From contig JAPKZQ010000030.1 of NCBI GenBank assembly GCA_026393675.1, positions 12,575 to 76,574 of the forward strand: a DNA stretch of 64,000 bases, written 5' to 3'. Position numbers and translations under genes: made by a program. This document shows, piece after piece, positions 7,918 to 17,156 of this stretch. The notes under the pieces are model-generated. The model was not told the origin of the DNA. It worked only from the letters and a program-made list of their open reading frames with translations, and did no database searches. Position 1 is the first letter of the stretch. Each line of letters starts with the position of its first letter. Source of the DNA: Acidobacteriota bacterium (GTDB taxonomy: Bacteria; Acidobacteriota; Vicinamibacteria; Vicinamibacterales; JAKQTR01).

Positions 7918-10302
7918 CTAGCGATTCCTGGCGGTCGCGGCCCGGTACGATGCGAGCCGCGCACGGAGATCATCGACCAGTTGCCGATCGCCGGTCTTCA
8001 CGGCCACGTCCAACGCCCGTCGTGTCGACTCGATCGCATCCGCGATTCTACCCGTCCGCGCATAGATCAGGCCGAGGAGCTCGAGGACCCGCGGGTTCTG
8101 TCCATTCGAGAGAGCTACTGCCTCCTTGGCGTGCGGAAGGGCCTCTTGTGGTCGGCCTGCCATGAACAGGGCGAAGGACAGACTCGTTCGTGCCTGGGCG
8201 TCCCGCGGAAGGCTCTGGACGGACTTGAGCAGGAGTGGAATGGCCTCACTGATCCTGCCACTCTGGCTCAGCACGCTGCCGAGACCCGCTTGCGCCTCGG
8301 GGTAATCGGGACGCAGGGCCAAGGCCTTCTTGAACTCGCTGACGGCGTCACCCGCCTGGCCGCTCTGGGCCAGGGCCGACGCCAGGTTGAGGTGCGCATA
8401 GGGGTAGTCCGGGCTCAAGCTGATCGCGGTGCGGAACTGCGCCGTCGCATCCGCCACGCGTCCCGCTGCGACGAGCGCAATGCCGTAGCTGTTGTGGACC
8501 TCCGCGTCGCCCGGGCTCGACTCCACGGCCTGCCTCAGGAGCGACAGCGCCTCCTCGCTCCGACGGGCGTCCAGCGCCTCTGAAGCGAGATCGATGAGGC
8601 GGTAGTACTCGGCGACCGGCGCGTCAATCTTGAGCAGTCCGCCGGGCGGGATGTTCACGAACTCGGGGAGGTTCACCGCGCGGTTGGCCGCGGTGCTGTT
8701 CTCGACCACGATCGCCGGCGTGTCGTTGCCTTCGGCGTCGATGTGCGTGAGGAACATCTCGGTGTACGGCGAGCGGCTCTTGGAGGAAAAGACCATCCAG
8801 CGTCCGTTGGGGGAGAAGCTGTGCCAGGAGTTCATCAGCCGAGTGTTTGCGCGCATCTGGCGCGCTTGGCCGCCCTCGGCTGGAACGATGTAGAGCCTTC
8901 CGTCAGGACGCATCAGCAGTCCATTGTGCGCCTGCACGAAGACGATCCAGCGTCCGTCGGGCGAGATCTTCGGGAAGCTGTTGCTCATGCCGTTGGCCGA
9001 GGCGCCCGCGATCGGCGTGGGCTTGCCCCCCTGGCCGTCGTTGAACGGGATGCGGTAGAGGTCGTACTGGATCTGCGTCTCGTTGGGATCGTTGGCGTAG
9101 GTGGCCAGCTGGTCCCCCGGCGGATACGACGCGCGCGCCTTGGCGCGAGCGAATACCAGGAACTTCCCGTCGGGGCTCCAGGTGGCACCGGTATGGACGT
9201 AGCTCGGGTCGTCGGCGCCGGGCAGCGGCTTCAGCATGCCGGTGGCCTTGCTGTACCAAGCCAGGATCCCGCGCGTCGGGTAGAACACCTGCAGGAAACG
9301 GTAGTCCGTGAAGTTGGCCACGTAGTAGTTCTGGCGCAGGTCGTCGGGACTCAGCCGGCGCTGGTAGTCGGTTTGGCCGCGGCCGGGATCGCTCATCATC
9401 GTCACCACGTAGCGGCCGTCCGGCGAGACCTGCGACATGAAGGCCACGCGCAGCTTGCCGCCCAGCTTGCCGCGGAAGGTGCTCCATTCGATGACGTTCT
9501 CCTTGCGGATCGCGGCTTCGGGCTGGATCGGGAACAACGCGTAGAGTCCCTTGTTGTTTCGCGGTCCGTCGACGTCCAGCCCCATCATCTTGCCGTCGCG
9601 GGAGACCGAGTGGCAGTTCGTGCAGGTGTGGAGGCCCTTCATCAGAACACGACTGCCTGGCTCGGCCAGGTTACGCAGGCGCCAGGCAATGAGGGGTATA
9701 GCACTCTTCTCGAGCGGCTGGATCACGCCACGCTCGCCTGCCGAGGGCCGCAGCGGGACGTCTCGATAGAGGACGGGCGCGCCGACCGGGTCCGTCGAGA
9801 CCTGAATCGTGGCCTGTCCGCGCGACACGGCCCGCCGCAGCCACGTGCCGCTGTAGCCGGTGATCGTGAGGACGGCAGGGCTGCCGGTCGCGATCCGCTT
9901 GATCGACTCCCACGTCGCGGCGTCCGGTTTCCAGGTGTGCGCCGCGGCGCGCTCTGGCGCGAGCTCGGGGAGCTTATTCGTCGGGCCGATCGCGTCCTGG
10001 TCGATTTCCCCGATCTGTGGCGGCTCGCCGCGCGAGGTGGCGTGCACAGACGGAGCGTTCCCGCCGCGGGCGCCGACATCGATCGTCCAAATCTGGGCGT
10101 TCTGACTCGCGTCACGCCACTCGAGAGTCGGCGGCACGAAGTCGGGCGGGAAGAGGGCGCCCTCTTGGGGGTAGACCAGCGTGATCTGGCTGTGTGGCTG
10201 CCCGGACCAGAGCCGCGTCACGGCGGCGGCGCCACCGACGGCGATCACGATCACGGCGATGACGGCGTAGATGACCCTTGTGCGGCTCAGGAGCGTCGAC
10301 AT
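7918..10302 (-). CDS. Membrane-anchored TolB-like beta-propeller protein with C-terminal TPR repeats (794 aa)
   Basis: ATG at 10302 has GGAGG at 10316-10320, and the track start at 10371 is unlikely. There is an N-terminal TM helix (VIYAVIAVIVIAVGGAAAV). PD40/TolB-like repeats are visible (SPDGRYVV, SPDGKFLVF, SPDGRWIVF, SPNGRWMVFSS). At least six TPR-like repeats occupy the last ~250 aa. Confidence 0.8.
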   Translation of the reverse strand: MSTLLSRTRVIYAVIAVIVIAVGGAAAVTRLWSGQPHSQITLVYPQEGALFPPDFVPPTLEWRDASQNAQIWTIDVGARGGNAPSVHATSRGEPPQIGEIDQDAIGPTNKLPELAPERAAAHTWKPDAATWESIKRIATGSPAVLTITGYSGTWLRRAVSRGQATIQVSTDPVGAPVLYRDVPLRPSAGERGVIQPLEKSAIPLIAWRLRNLAEPGSRVLMKGLHTCTNCHSVSRDGKMMGLDVDGPRNNKGLYALFPIQPEAAIRKENVIEWSTFRGKLGGKLRVAFMSQVSPDGRYVVTMMSDPGRGQTDYQRRLSPDDLRQNYYVANFTDYRFLQVFYPTRGILAWYSKATGMLKPLPGADDPSYVHTGATWSPDGKFLVFARAKARASYPPGDQLATYANDPNETQIQYDLYRIPFNDGQGGKPTPIAGASANGMSNSFPKISPDGRWIVFVQAHNGLLMRPDGRLYIVPAEGGQARQMRANTRLMNSWHSFSPNGRWMVFSSKSRSPYTEMFLTHIDAEGNDTPAIVVENSTAANRAVNLPEFVNIPPGGLLKIDAPVAEYYRLIDLASEALDARRSEEALSLLRQAVESSPGDAEVHNSYGIALVAAGRVADATAQFRTAISLSPDYPYAHLNLASALAQSGQAGDAVSEFKKALALRPDYPEAQAGLGSVLSQSGRISEAIPLLLKSVQSLPRDAQARTSLSFALFMAGRPQEALPHAKEAVALSNGQNPRVLELLGLIYARTGRIADAIESTRRALDVAVKTGDRQLVDDLRARLASYRAATARNR

Positions 10303-10698
10303 GAGAGGGATCCTACCTCCTAGGTCGGGTCGTGCGCCAGCGTCGCAACTGTGCTGCACGAAACACGGCACTGCGTGTTCTGGGTTCTCCGTTGAGGGGC
10401 GGCGCTGTCGGCATGGTGCGCCTCCTCAAGCGTCGACCAGGCCGCCCTCTCCGTTCTCGCCGAGGCTCCGAAAGCGCTTCTCCCGGCATTCCGGGGAGAT
10501 GCTGTGCGAGAAGGCGGCCTCACCGCTTCCTTCATCACACCGTCGCGCTACGGTCGGCTTCGCCAGCAGTGACTCGCGCGTGAGCGGCGCAGGTCGAGCA
10601 ATCGTCGGCCTCGGCGTCCCAGAAGTACGCGGATGGCGATCGGGCAGAGCCGATCTCGATCATGCCCACGATGTCGTCGTGTGCCGGCGCCCATCGAT

Positions 10699-12045
10699 TC
10701 AACCACTGGAGCATGTCTTTCGGCGACTCGGGGTGGCGAATCGCACCGTTTCCGGGCGCACGCCTCGTTGGACGAACCAGGTCTGACCCTCGTGGACCAA
10801 GTCGATCTCGGCCAGGTAGTCACCCGTGTCGGCGGGCACTTGGATGTCGAGCGACAAGACGGTGGACTGGCCAGGCCCGAAGAACGCCGGAAACGACACG
10901 CGCGGATTGTCGTAGGTGACAAGAATCACGTTGGACTGTTCGACGCGCGACAAGTGGTAACTCAGATAGACGGGCATCGCGCCGACGCTCGACCAGCTCG
11001 CGCGACCTCGGTTCCGTACGCGCACCGGGACCTTCAGCCTGTCAGCGGGTTCCGCGCTCTGGTCCAGAAGCGGCTCGACCGAGAGCACGGCGTCGTAGTA
11101 ATCGGCAAAGAGCGCCTCGCGTGCCTGCGACAGGCTGATGAACGCGGGGGGGCGCCCGCCGGCGGGCTTTCGGTAGATAGCGTTGAACGAGTCGGCCAGG
11201 AGAAACGTGACCAGCTCGAGCCCGGCTGACACGAACGCGAGGTGCCACTCTTCCAGCAGATACACGTGTTCGTTGATGCCGCATGCTGACTGATCCGCGC
11301 CGAAGTCGAGCTTCCGTGCCGCGTCGAGACAATACGGCTCGACGAACCCGAGGCGGCCGCCGGGCTTGAGCACGCGGGCGATGTTGTCGGCCAGCAGTTG
11401 CAGCCGCCCCGTGTGGTGCAGGGCATTGAACGCGGTGACGCCGTCGAAGCTCGCGTCGCCGAACGCGCGGGCGTGCATATCGGCGTTCACGCGCGCATAG
11501 CACGGCCCCGACTCCTCGAAAATCGACGCGACCGGCAGGTGGTGGTTGATGTCGATGGCGACGGCCTCGAATCCCCGCTTCGCCAACTGCGAGGTCGACC
11601 ACGTCAGGTCGGCTCCGATGTCCAGGATACGGCCACCGGACGTGCATCCGAGGTTGGAGACGATGTAGTCGAAGGCCGGAGCACATGCGGCGACGTTTGA
11701 GAAGTAGCCAGGCTCCTGGTAGTAGCGCGAACCGTTGCCGTACGGCAGGGCGAGGATGGCGTCCTTCAGCGCGCCGGTTGCCGTGGCCAGGTTGTCGAAC
11801 TCGTCGTTGATACCGCCTAGCCGCGCAATGTGTTCGGTCTCGGCCACCGCAGCCCGCTCAGACACGACCGCTCCGTCCTGCTGTGCGGCCGCCATATAGA
11901 GCACGCCGTCACGAACCGCGTGCCTTGTGCCACAGTTGCCGCATGCGAGAGCGTCAACGGGCGTGCCCGACGGCGACCAGCGGCTCTCGCCGCACACGAC
12001 ACACGTCAGACACGGCAGCAGACGTTCGAGCGCGCTGGTCATCAT
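10699..12045 (-). CDS. Class I SAM-dependent methyltransferase with an N-terminal zinc-ribbon and a C-terminal beta-sandwich-like domain
   Basis: A CxxC...CxxC ribbon is present (CVVCGES...CGNCGTRHAVRDGVLYM). The SAM-binding motif I (ILDIGADLTWSTSQLAKRG) and post-motif LKPGGRLGFVEP are recognisable. Confidence 0.8.
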   Translation of the reverse strand: MMTSALERLLPCLTCVVCGESRWSPSGTPVDALACGNCGTRHAVRDGVLYMAAAQQDGAVVSERAAVAETEHIARLGGINDEFDNLATATGALKDAILALPYGNGSRYYQEPGYFSNVAACAPAFDYIVSNLGCTSGGRILDIGADLTWSTSQLAKRGFEAVAIDINHHLPVASIFEESGPCYARVNADMHARAFGDASFDGVTAFNALHHTGRLQLLADNIARVLKPGGRLGFVEPYCLDAARKLDFGADQSACGINEHVYLLEEWHLAFVSAGLELVTFLLADSFNAIYRKPAGGRPPAFISLSQAREALFADYYDAVLSVEPLLDQSAEPADRLKVPVRVRNRGRASWSSVGAMPVYLSYHLSRVEQSNVILVTYDNPRVSFPAFFGPGQSTVLSLDIQVPADTGDYLAEIDLVHEGQTWFVQRGVRPETVRFATPSRRKTCSSG

Positions 12046-12232
12046 CGGCGTCCAGATTCTGACTCATCTTCGACAGTTTGCGGCCCAAGGGGCCGTATGA
12101 GAGCCCGATTACCCGGGCCCATGGAATGGGGCGGCGGAGGCCAACCGCCCCGACGCCACGCTCTCCCCGCTGCGAAACACCGCTCAGTGTCGGTCGCACG
12201 GGCCTGGGCCGTTCTGGATCGACGTGTCTGCG

Positions 12233-12502
12233 TCAACGCCGCCGCCGGTACACCTCGCGCCGATGACCGACGGCGAGGACCAGCACGAGCAGTTCGGCGC
12301 CACGGACCTCATAGAGCACGCGGTAGTCACCCACGCGCAGCCGATAGACGCCGTGGACGCCGGCCAGCAGCTTCACCCCTGCCGGCCGAGGCTGTTCCTG
12401 AAGCGCCAGGAGTCGCGCGTCGAGCCGGGCTCGGATGTGTACTGGGAGCGCCAGAAATGCTCGCTCAGCAGACGGCGTAAAAACCAACCGATAGCGGGCC
12501 AC
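12233..12502 (-). CDS. Type II toxin, RelE/ParE family (89 aa)
   Basis: Size and sequence pattern fit the family (YRLVFTPSAERAFLALP...YRLRVGDYRVLYEV...LVLVLAVGHRREVY). It starts 1 nt after the stop of the upstream antitoxin gene. Confidence 0.85.
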   Translation of the reverse strand: MARYRLVFTPSAERAFLALPVHIRARLDARLLALQEQPRPAGVKLLAGVHGVYRLRVGDYRVLYEVRGAELLVLVLAVGHRREVYRRRR

Positions 12503-12751
12503 CTATGCCAAGCCGGCCTTGCGCCGGACCTCCTCGTAGGGCACGCGGCCACGCTCGCGACGCGCCTTCCGGGCTGCCTGCGCGTCGTCCTGGTCTTCGA
12601 GGACTTCCAGTCGAGCGAGGTCGTCGACGGAGACGAGCGCCGCGACGGCCTTGCCGTGGCGTTCGAGGATAATCCGCTCGCCTCGATAGGCCACGCGGTT
12701 GAGGGTGTCGCCGAAGGTATCGCGCACGGCCGTGGCAGCCAATCTGATCAT
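12503..12751 (-). CDS. Type II antitoxin, Phd/YefM family (82 aa)
   Basis: The N-terminal Phd/YefM-like fold signature is present (RDTFGDTLNRVAYRGERIILERHGKAVAALVSVDDLARLE), with a charged C-terminal tail. It lies immediately upstream of the RelE/ParE gene. Confidence 0.85.
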   Translation of the reverse strand: MIRLAATAVRDTFGDTLNRVAYRGERIILERHGKAVAALVSVDDLARLEVLEDQDDAQAARKARRERGRVPYEEVRRKAGLA

Positions 12752-12929
12752 GGGTGTACTTTACCCGTTTCGTACGTTTTGGGCAATTGTCTCGTGCCGA
12801 CGGTTGGCATCAACGCCCGCATCTCTCCGCCATCGTCTGCCCTCGAATCTTGACTCCCTCACTGACGCCCGCAGCGTTGCACGCAGAGATGCTCGGGGAG
12901 ACGAAGCGATCGGCGATCGCGCATTTTTC

Positions 12930-13310
12930 TCAGTGTTTGCACGGGTAGAGACGGACGGAGACGGCCGAAAGAGGGGCTCTTAATCTGCGGGTTAAAGGTT
13001 CGATTCCTTCGCGATTCGCGGGATATTCGATCGTGCCCACGTAGTTCCGGCGCCACGCGTACTCGGAATGCGATGTAATGAGAAGGTCGTAGTCTGTCGG
13101 CACCGAGCCGATCGCAACGCGCATGTCAACGACGATGGCTCGGGTGGCAGGCTGTCGATCGGGCAGCACGACGAGGATGTCGAGGTCGCTGTCCGGGCGC
13201 GCATCGCCGCGCGCGTGTGACCCAAATAAGATGATCCGTTCCGATTCCCATGCGCGCAGTACCGGGATGATGCTCACCACTCCGCCCAGAGAGACCGCCA
13301 CGACTCCCAC
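12930..13310 (-). CDS. MNT-type (minimal) nucleotidyltransferase-domain protein. The 3' end of its ORF reads through the tRNA-Lys remnant.
   Basis: The nucleotidyltransferase motif ILFGSHARGDARPDSDLDILVV is present. The last ~28 codons overlap or lie beyond 12977-13013 (..REGIEPLTRRLRAPL..), the same peptide produced by antisense translation of the real tRNA. Confidence 0.7.
   Translation of the reverse strand: MGVVAVSLGGVVSIIPVLRAWESERIILFGSHARGDARPDSDLDILVVLPDRQPATRAIVVDMRVAIGSVPTDYDLLITSHSEYAWRRNYVGTIEYPANREGIEPLTRRLRAPLSAVSVRLYPCKH
12977..13013 (+). repeat. Direct repeat of the tRNA-Lys 3' portion (anticodon loop to the start of the 3' acceptor strand). Candidate att remnant.
   Basis: ctcttaatctgcgggttAaaggttcgattccttcgcg compared with tRNA 7649-7685 differs at one position (G to A). 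Similarity ends before the last acceptor bases and CCA. Confidence 0.85.
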
Positions 13311-13337
13311 CCAGGAGTTTCCGCGCCCTTACGGCGC

Positions 13338-14855
13338 TCAGGCGGCGAGGGACAAGGTGCCTGTCGCCGAGGCGTGGTCACCCCCTGCCCCTCTCTGATG
13401 TGGGCGGCGAGTTGCCCCACCGGTGCCGTTGACCGTGGTCTCGAGAAACGTGACCAGTTCCATCGTCATCTCTGCCTGCGACGTCAGCTCAACCGATGCG
13501 GCGGCGTTCTCCTCGGCGGTCGCGGCGGTCTGCTGCGTCACCGACTCCATTTGGGCAATCGCCTGCGCCACCTGCTGGATGCCTTGCGCCTGCTGACGAC
13601 TGGCCTCGCTCACCTGGTCGACAATCCCCTTGACCTGGCGGACCGTATCGGCAATTCCGGCAATCGCACCGACGACGTGATCGACATTGCTCGCGCCGGT
13701 TTCCGCGCGGCGGATCGACTCCTCGATCAGTTCCGCCGTGTCCTTGGCCGCCTGCGCCGAGCGCTGCGCCAGATTGCGCACCTCATCGGCGACGACGGCG
13801 AATCCCATCCCGGCCTCGCCGGCCCGCGCGGCTTCGACGGCGGCATTGAGCGCCAACAGATTGGTCTGAAACGCGATTTCGTCGATGGTCTTGATGATCT
13901 TCGAGACCTGCTGGCTCGACCGACGAATCGAGGTAATCGACTCCACCATCGTGCCGAGCGCCCGGTCTGAGTCCTTGACCCTGTGGTCGACCTCGTTCAT
14001 CAAGCGGGCCGCCTCGTGCGTGTGATCGGCATTGGTCCTGGTTGTCGACGACATCTCCTCCATCGAGGCTGAGGTCTCCTCGAGTGCCGCGGCCTGCTCG
14101 GTGGCGCCCTGCGACAACGATTGCGAAGACGAGGAGACCTGCGACGACGCGCCCATCACGGCCTCGGCGCCTGCGCGAAGACGCCCGGCGGCGTTCTGCA
14201 ACCGCCGGCTCACGCGCGTCACCACGACGAACGCCGCGACGCCAATGAGGATGGCCGGCAGCGCCGCCGAGGCAATCATCGTGCGGGCCTGAGCATACGT
14301 GCTGTCGGCGCGCTCGGCGTACACCTTGAATGAGGCTTCCTGCGAGGTCCTGATGAGGTTGGCGAGAGCAGTGTTCTTTCGCTCGACGGCTTCACTGTCG
14401 GCCGACACCTTGAGGACCTTATCGATTTCCTTGCGGAGGTCAGCCCCGATCGCGACTGCGTGGCAGGCGTCGCAGCGCCCCCCCCACGCTTCCATCGCCT
14501 TCTTCAGTTCTACCGCCTGCAGGCGGTCGGCTCCACTGGTCGCCTGGACCAATCGATCGGACGCCTTCGTGCCGTTTTCGACGAGTTTCTGCAGTCGATC
14601 AGTCCAGGTCTGCAAGGCGGCCTTGTCGCCAGCGACACTGGCGAGAATCATCGTTTTCTCGGCACTGAAGATCTCGGAGTTGATTTGTCTGATGTCATCG
14701 ACGACCTGCAGGCGCTCCGCGGACAGAACCGTGTCGTCCTGCCTCGCGCCCTTGGTGGCCGTCGCCAGCCATCCGATTGTGCCCATGGTGAGGACAAACG
14801 TCACGAGAAGGCCAAAGGCCACGAACAGTTTTCGATTAAGAGACCAGCTACCCAC
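13338..14855 (-). CDS. Methyl-accepting chemotaxis protein
   Basis: GTG start with aaggtgg upstream. It has an N-terminal TM, a sensor region, a second TM and a highly conserved MCP signalling hairpin ([47 protein letters not shown]). Confidence 0.92.
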   Translation of the reverse strand: MGSWSLNRKLFVAFGLLVTFVLTMGTIGWLATATKGARQDDTVLSAERLQVVDDIRQINSEIFSAEKTMILASVAGDKAALQTWTDRLQKLVENGTKASDRLVQATSGADRLQAVELKKAMEAWGGRCDACHAVAIGADLRKEIDKVLKVSADSEAVERKNTALANLIRTSQEASFKVYAERADSTYAQARTMIASAALPAILIGVAAFVVVTRVSRRLQNAAGRLRAGAEAVMGASSQVSSSSQSLSQGATEQAAALEETSASMEEMSSTTRTNADHTHEAARLMNEVDHRVKDSDRALGTMVESITSIRRSSQQVSKIIKTIDEIAFQTNLLALNAAVEAARAGEAGMGFAVVADEVRNLAQRSAQAAKDTAELIEESIRRAETGASNVDHVVGAIAGIADTVRQVKGIVDQVSEASRQQAQGIQQVAQAIAQMESVTQQTAATAEENAAASVELTSQAEMTMELVTFLETTVNGTGGATRRPHQRGAGGDHASATGTLSLAA

Positions 14856-14984
14856 GGCGACCCACCTTTTGTAGTGCCCTGTCCATCGCGGGCTGACCAG
14901 GGCACCGCGACGGTGCCGGATGTATCCGGTTAAGCGACTTCTGTCGCTGTGGGTAATCGACGCAGGTGGGCAGAACTTGAGCGG

Positions 14985-15153
14985 ACCAGCCTTCGCTTTC
15001 CTTCGGATTCCTCTACTCTCCTCGGGAAGCTACGGCTGGTTTCGCCAGCACGTACAGACGAAGGCTGCGCGCCGAAGCGGCGGGCTTGCACCGCCATAGC
15101 TCGAAGAGCGAAGGCACGAGGATGGGTTCGGGCAAGACCGACGCGAAGGCGGG
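14985..15153. repeat. Dispersed structured intergenic repeat, copy B
   Basis: It fills the gap between the stop of the 15155-15667 gene and the MCP start. It aligns to 7690-7850 with conserved helices. Confidence 0.75.
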
Positions 15154-15154
15154 C

Positions 15155-15667
15155 TTATTTCGTAGCCGATACCTGGACAGGCACCTCGAGCGAGGCTACC
15201 TGCGGCCGGATGCAGAGACTGCCGTTGCAGGCCTGCCACGTCGCCCTGATGCGTGCGACATACTTGCCCGGAGCGATCGTGCGAGCCACCGCAAGAGGCA
15301 CCTTGAAGGCGACGCTCTCGGTGTAGTACTCCGTGTCGGCGTCCTGGGCCTTGTCGAATCCGGTTTCCGGAGCCGGGGCCTCGATCTTGCCACCGAGTGT
15401 GAACGGCTGGCCTTCGGGCACGGTGATGCGCGTGGGATCGGGCGGCGGTTGTTGTGTCAAAGAGTAAAGGTGCCACCCATCGTCGATGCGAGCCGTCACC
15501 TCGACGCGAACGATCGATCCAGCCGCCACCGGCGTGTTGGCCGACGTGACCGACCAGGTAATCGGCAGTTTCTGCTGGGCTGACACAGAGTGCTGATCCA
15601 TGACGGCGATCGCCGCCATCATCGCGGTCAACAGGGACATCCGCCGAGCGCGCACCGGGATGATCAT
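15155..15667 (-). CDS. Secreted protein resembling the DsbD/ScsB N-terminal thiol-disulfide interchange domain
   Basis: It has a signal peptide (LLTAMMAAIAVMDQHSVSAQQ) and a beta-rich ~150 aa body. The characteristic C-terminal pattern WQACNGSLCIRP is present. Confidence 0.6.
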   Translation of the reverse strand: MIIPVRARRMSLLTAMMAAIAVMDQHSVSAQQKLPITWSVTSANTPVAAGSIVRVEVTARIDDGWHLYSLTQQPPPDPTRITVPEGQPFTLGGKIEAPAPETGFDKAQDADTEYYTESVAFKVPLAVARTIAPGKYVARIRATWQACNGSLCIRPQVASLEVPVQVSATK

Positions 15668-15791
15668 AGGTTCCCCGACTCTATCCGCGGTGGGCGGGCC
15701 ATGTCAAAGCCACGGCACGGTTTGTGCCGCCCGCCCAAGCCGAACCCGGGCTCCGAGGCAATCTATGCCATAATCGGAGGAACACACACGC

Positions 15792-17156
15792 GTGGAGGAT
15801 TACGGCGAAGGCCGTCGAAAGAACCCTTCAGTTGACCGATCTGTCGTCCCGTTTTCCCTCGGATCAACACCCGCCACGCCTGATACGACCGAGGAATTGA
15901 CAACATTGACCCCATCGACATCCCAGGAGCGGTCGCGACGCCCGCGCCGGCCCGGCCACCGTTCGGCGGCACACCGACCGACCTTCACGACCAAAGCGCC
16001 GGTCAAGCTCCCATTCGAAACGCTCGCGCACGACCCCACGCCGATCGACTTCTCGGCACTGACACTGGATCCACGGCTCCGAATCGGCATCGAGGACCGC
16101 GGGTTTACGCGCACGACGCCGATTCAAAGCGCCGTGTTCCCCGTGGTCTTCGAAGGCGCGGATCTGATCGCCTGCGCAGAGACCGGTACGGGAAAGACCG
16201 CAGCGTTTCTGCTGCCCATCATGCAGCGGCTGCTCTCCCAGCCCGCCAGCCAGGCTGGCACCCGGGTGCTGGTGCTTGAGCCCACGCGCGAGCTTGCGGT
16301 CCAGATCGAGGACGACTTCCAGGGATTCGCCTATCACACGACGCTGACGAGCGTCGTGGTGTACGGCGGTGTGGATGCGGACATCCAGACGCGGGGCCTG
16401 AAGGCGGGCGCCGACGTCGTGGTCGCCACGCCGGGGCGGCTCCAGGACCTGATGAACTGCGGCGCGGCAGATTTCACGCGACTCGAAGTGCTCGTGTTAG
16501 ACGAGGCGGACCGCATGATGGACATGGGCTTCTGGCCTGATGTGAGCCGCATTGTCGCGACGTTGCCCACGGCTCGGCAGACCCTGCTCTTCTCAGCGAC
16601 GACGTCGAGCGACGTCGTCCGGATGGCGGGCGAGATCATGCGCGAGCCGAAGCACGTGCAGATCGGCCGGGCCGGCGGGCCGGCGACCACCATCACGCAC
16701 GTGGCGTACGAAGTGCCGTCACGGGACAAGACGGACTGGCTGGCGGAGTTCCTGCGGCGTCACCGCGAGCCGGCGCTGGTCTTTGTGCGCACGAAGCGAT
16801 TCGCCGACAAGCTGGCGACGGCGCTGGCAGGCCGAGGCATCCGGTGCGTGGCGCTGCACGCGGACCGGACGCAGCGGGAGCGAACGGCGGCCGTCGAGGG
16901 TTTCCGGAGTGGCCGGCACACGGTTCTGGTGGCCACTGACATCGCCGCGCGCGGCCTCGACATTGACGGCATCGAGCACGTGATCAACTACGAGGTCCCG
17001 CACTCGGCGGATGCCTACGTGCATCGCGTCGGACGCACGGGGCGCGCGGAGGCGAGAGGAACGGCAGTGACGCTGGTGGCGGCCGACGAATTGCCCTACC
17101 TGCACGCGATCGAGAAGTCGATCAACATCAGGATGGGAGACGGGCAGGCGGCGTAG
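15792..17156 (+). CDS. DEAD-box ATP-dependent RNA helicase (RhlE-like)
   Basis: Q motif (GFTRTTPIQ), motif I AETGTGKT, DEAD (VLDEADRM), SAT (FSAT) and HRVGRTGR are all present. The true start is uncertain: there is no internal ATG before the Q motif, and the in-frame TTG at 15906 follows GAGGAA at 15891-15896. Confidence 0.9.
   Translation: MEDYGEGRRKNPSVDRSVVPFSLGSTPATPDTTEELTTLTPSTSQERSRRPRRPGHRSAAHRPTFTTKAPVKLPFETLAHDPTPIDFSALTLDPRLRIGIEDRGFTRTTPIQSAVFPVVFEGADLIACAETGTGKTAAFLLPIMQRLLSQPASQAGTRVLVLEPTRELAVQIEDDFQGFAYHTTLTSVVVYGGVDADIQTRGLKAGADVVVATPGRLQDLMNCGAADFTRLEVLVLDEADRMMDMGFWPDVSRIVATLPTARQTLLFSATTSSDVVRMAGEIMREPKHVQIGRAGGPATTITHVAYEVPSRDKTDWLAEFLRRHREPALVFVRTKRFADKLATALAGRGIRCVALHADRTQRERTAAVEGFRSGRHTVLVATDIAARGLDIDGIEHVINYEVPHSADAYVHRVGRTGRAEARGTAVTLVAADELPYLHAIEKSINIRMGDGQAA

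Larger units (their letters stand above)
7649..13013. mobile_element. Candidate degraded integrative islet bounded by tRNA-Lys and a direct repeat of its 3' part. No integrase is present.
   Basis: The 37-nt direct repeat 7649-7685 / 12977-13013 matches at 36/37 positions. The interior holds a TPR/propeller gene, a methyltransferase and a RelE/ParE-Phd pair. I recognise no recombinase ORF. Confidence 0.35.

Noticed and set aside
9590-9640. A single CXXCH motif (CTNCH) in the TolB-like/TPR protein, which could suggest a c-type cytochrome.
   Set aside because: One CXXCH in a 794-aa protein is common by chance, and there is no surrounding cytochrome-like context. I did not annotate it as heme-binding.
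10535-10714. A 59-codon minus-strand ORF (MLQWLNRWAPAHDDIVGMIEIGS...) overlapping the methyltransferase stop by 16 nt.
   Set aside because: It has GC-rich third positions, but all three frames are open here. There is no RBS and no recognisable motif, so I cannot distinguish it from chance.
14941-14990. A possible second degraded tRNA-Lys 3' remnant just upstream of repeat copy B. This would make 13014-14984 a second tandem islet.
   Set aside because: Apart from taatc and the terminal ACCA, the alignment to the tRNA is poor. The similarity of copy B begins essentially at ACCA.
17128-17156. A 29-nt convergent overlap of the helicase and GT39-TPR coding regions.
   Set aside because: Small 3' overlaps of convergent genes are common in compact GC-rich genomes. 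There is no evidence of special function.
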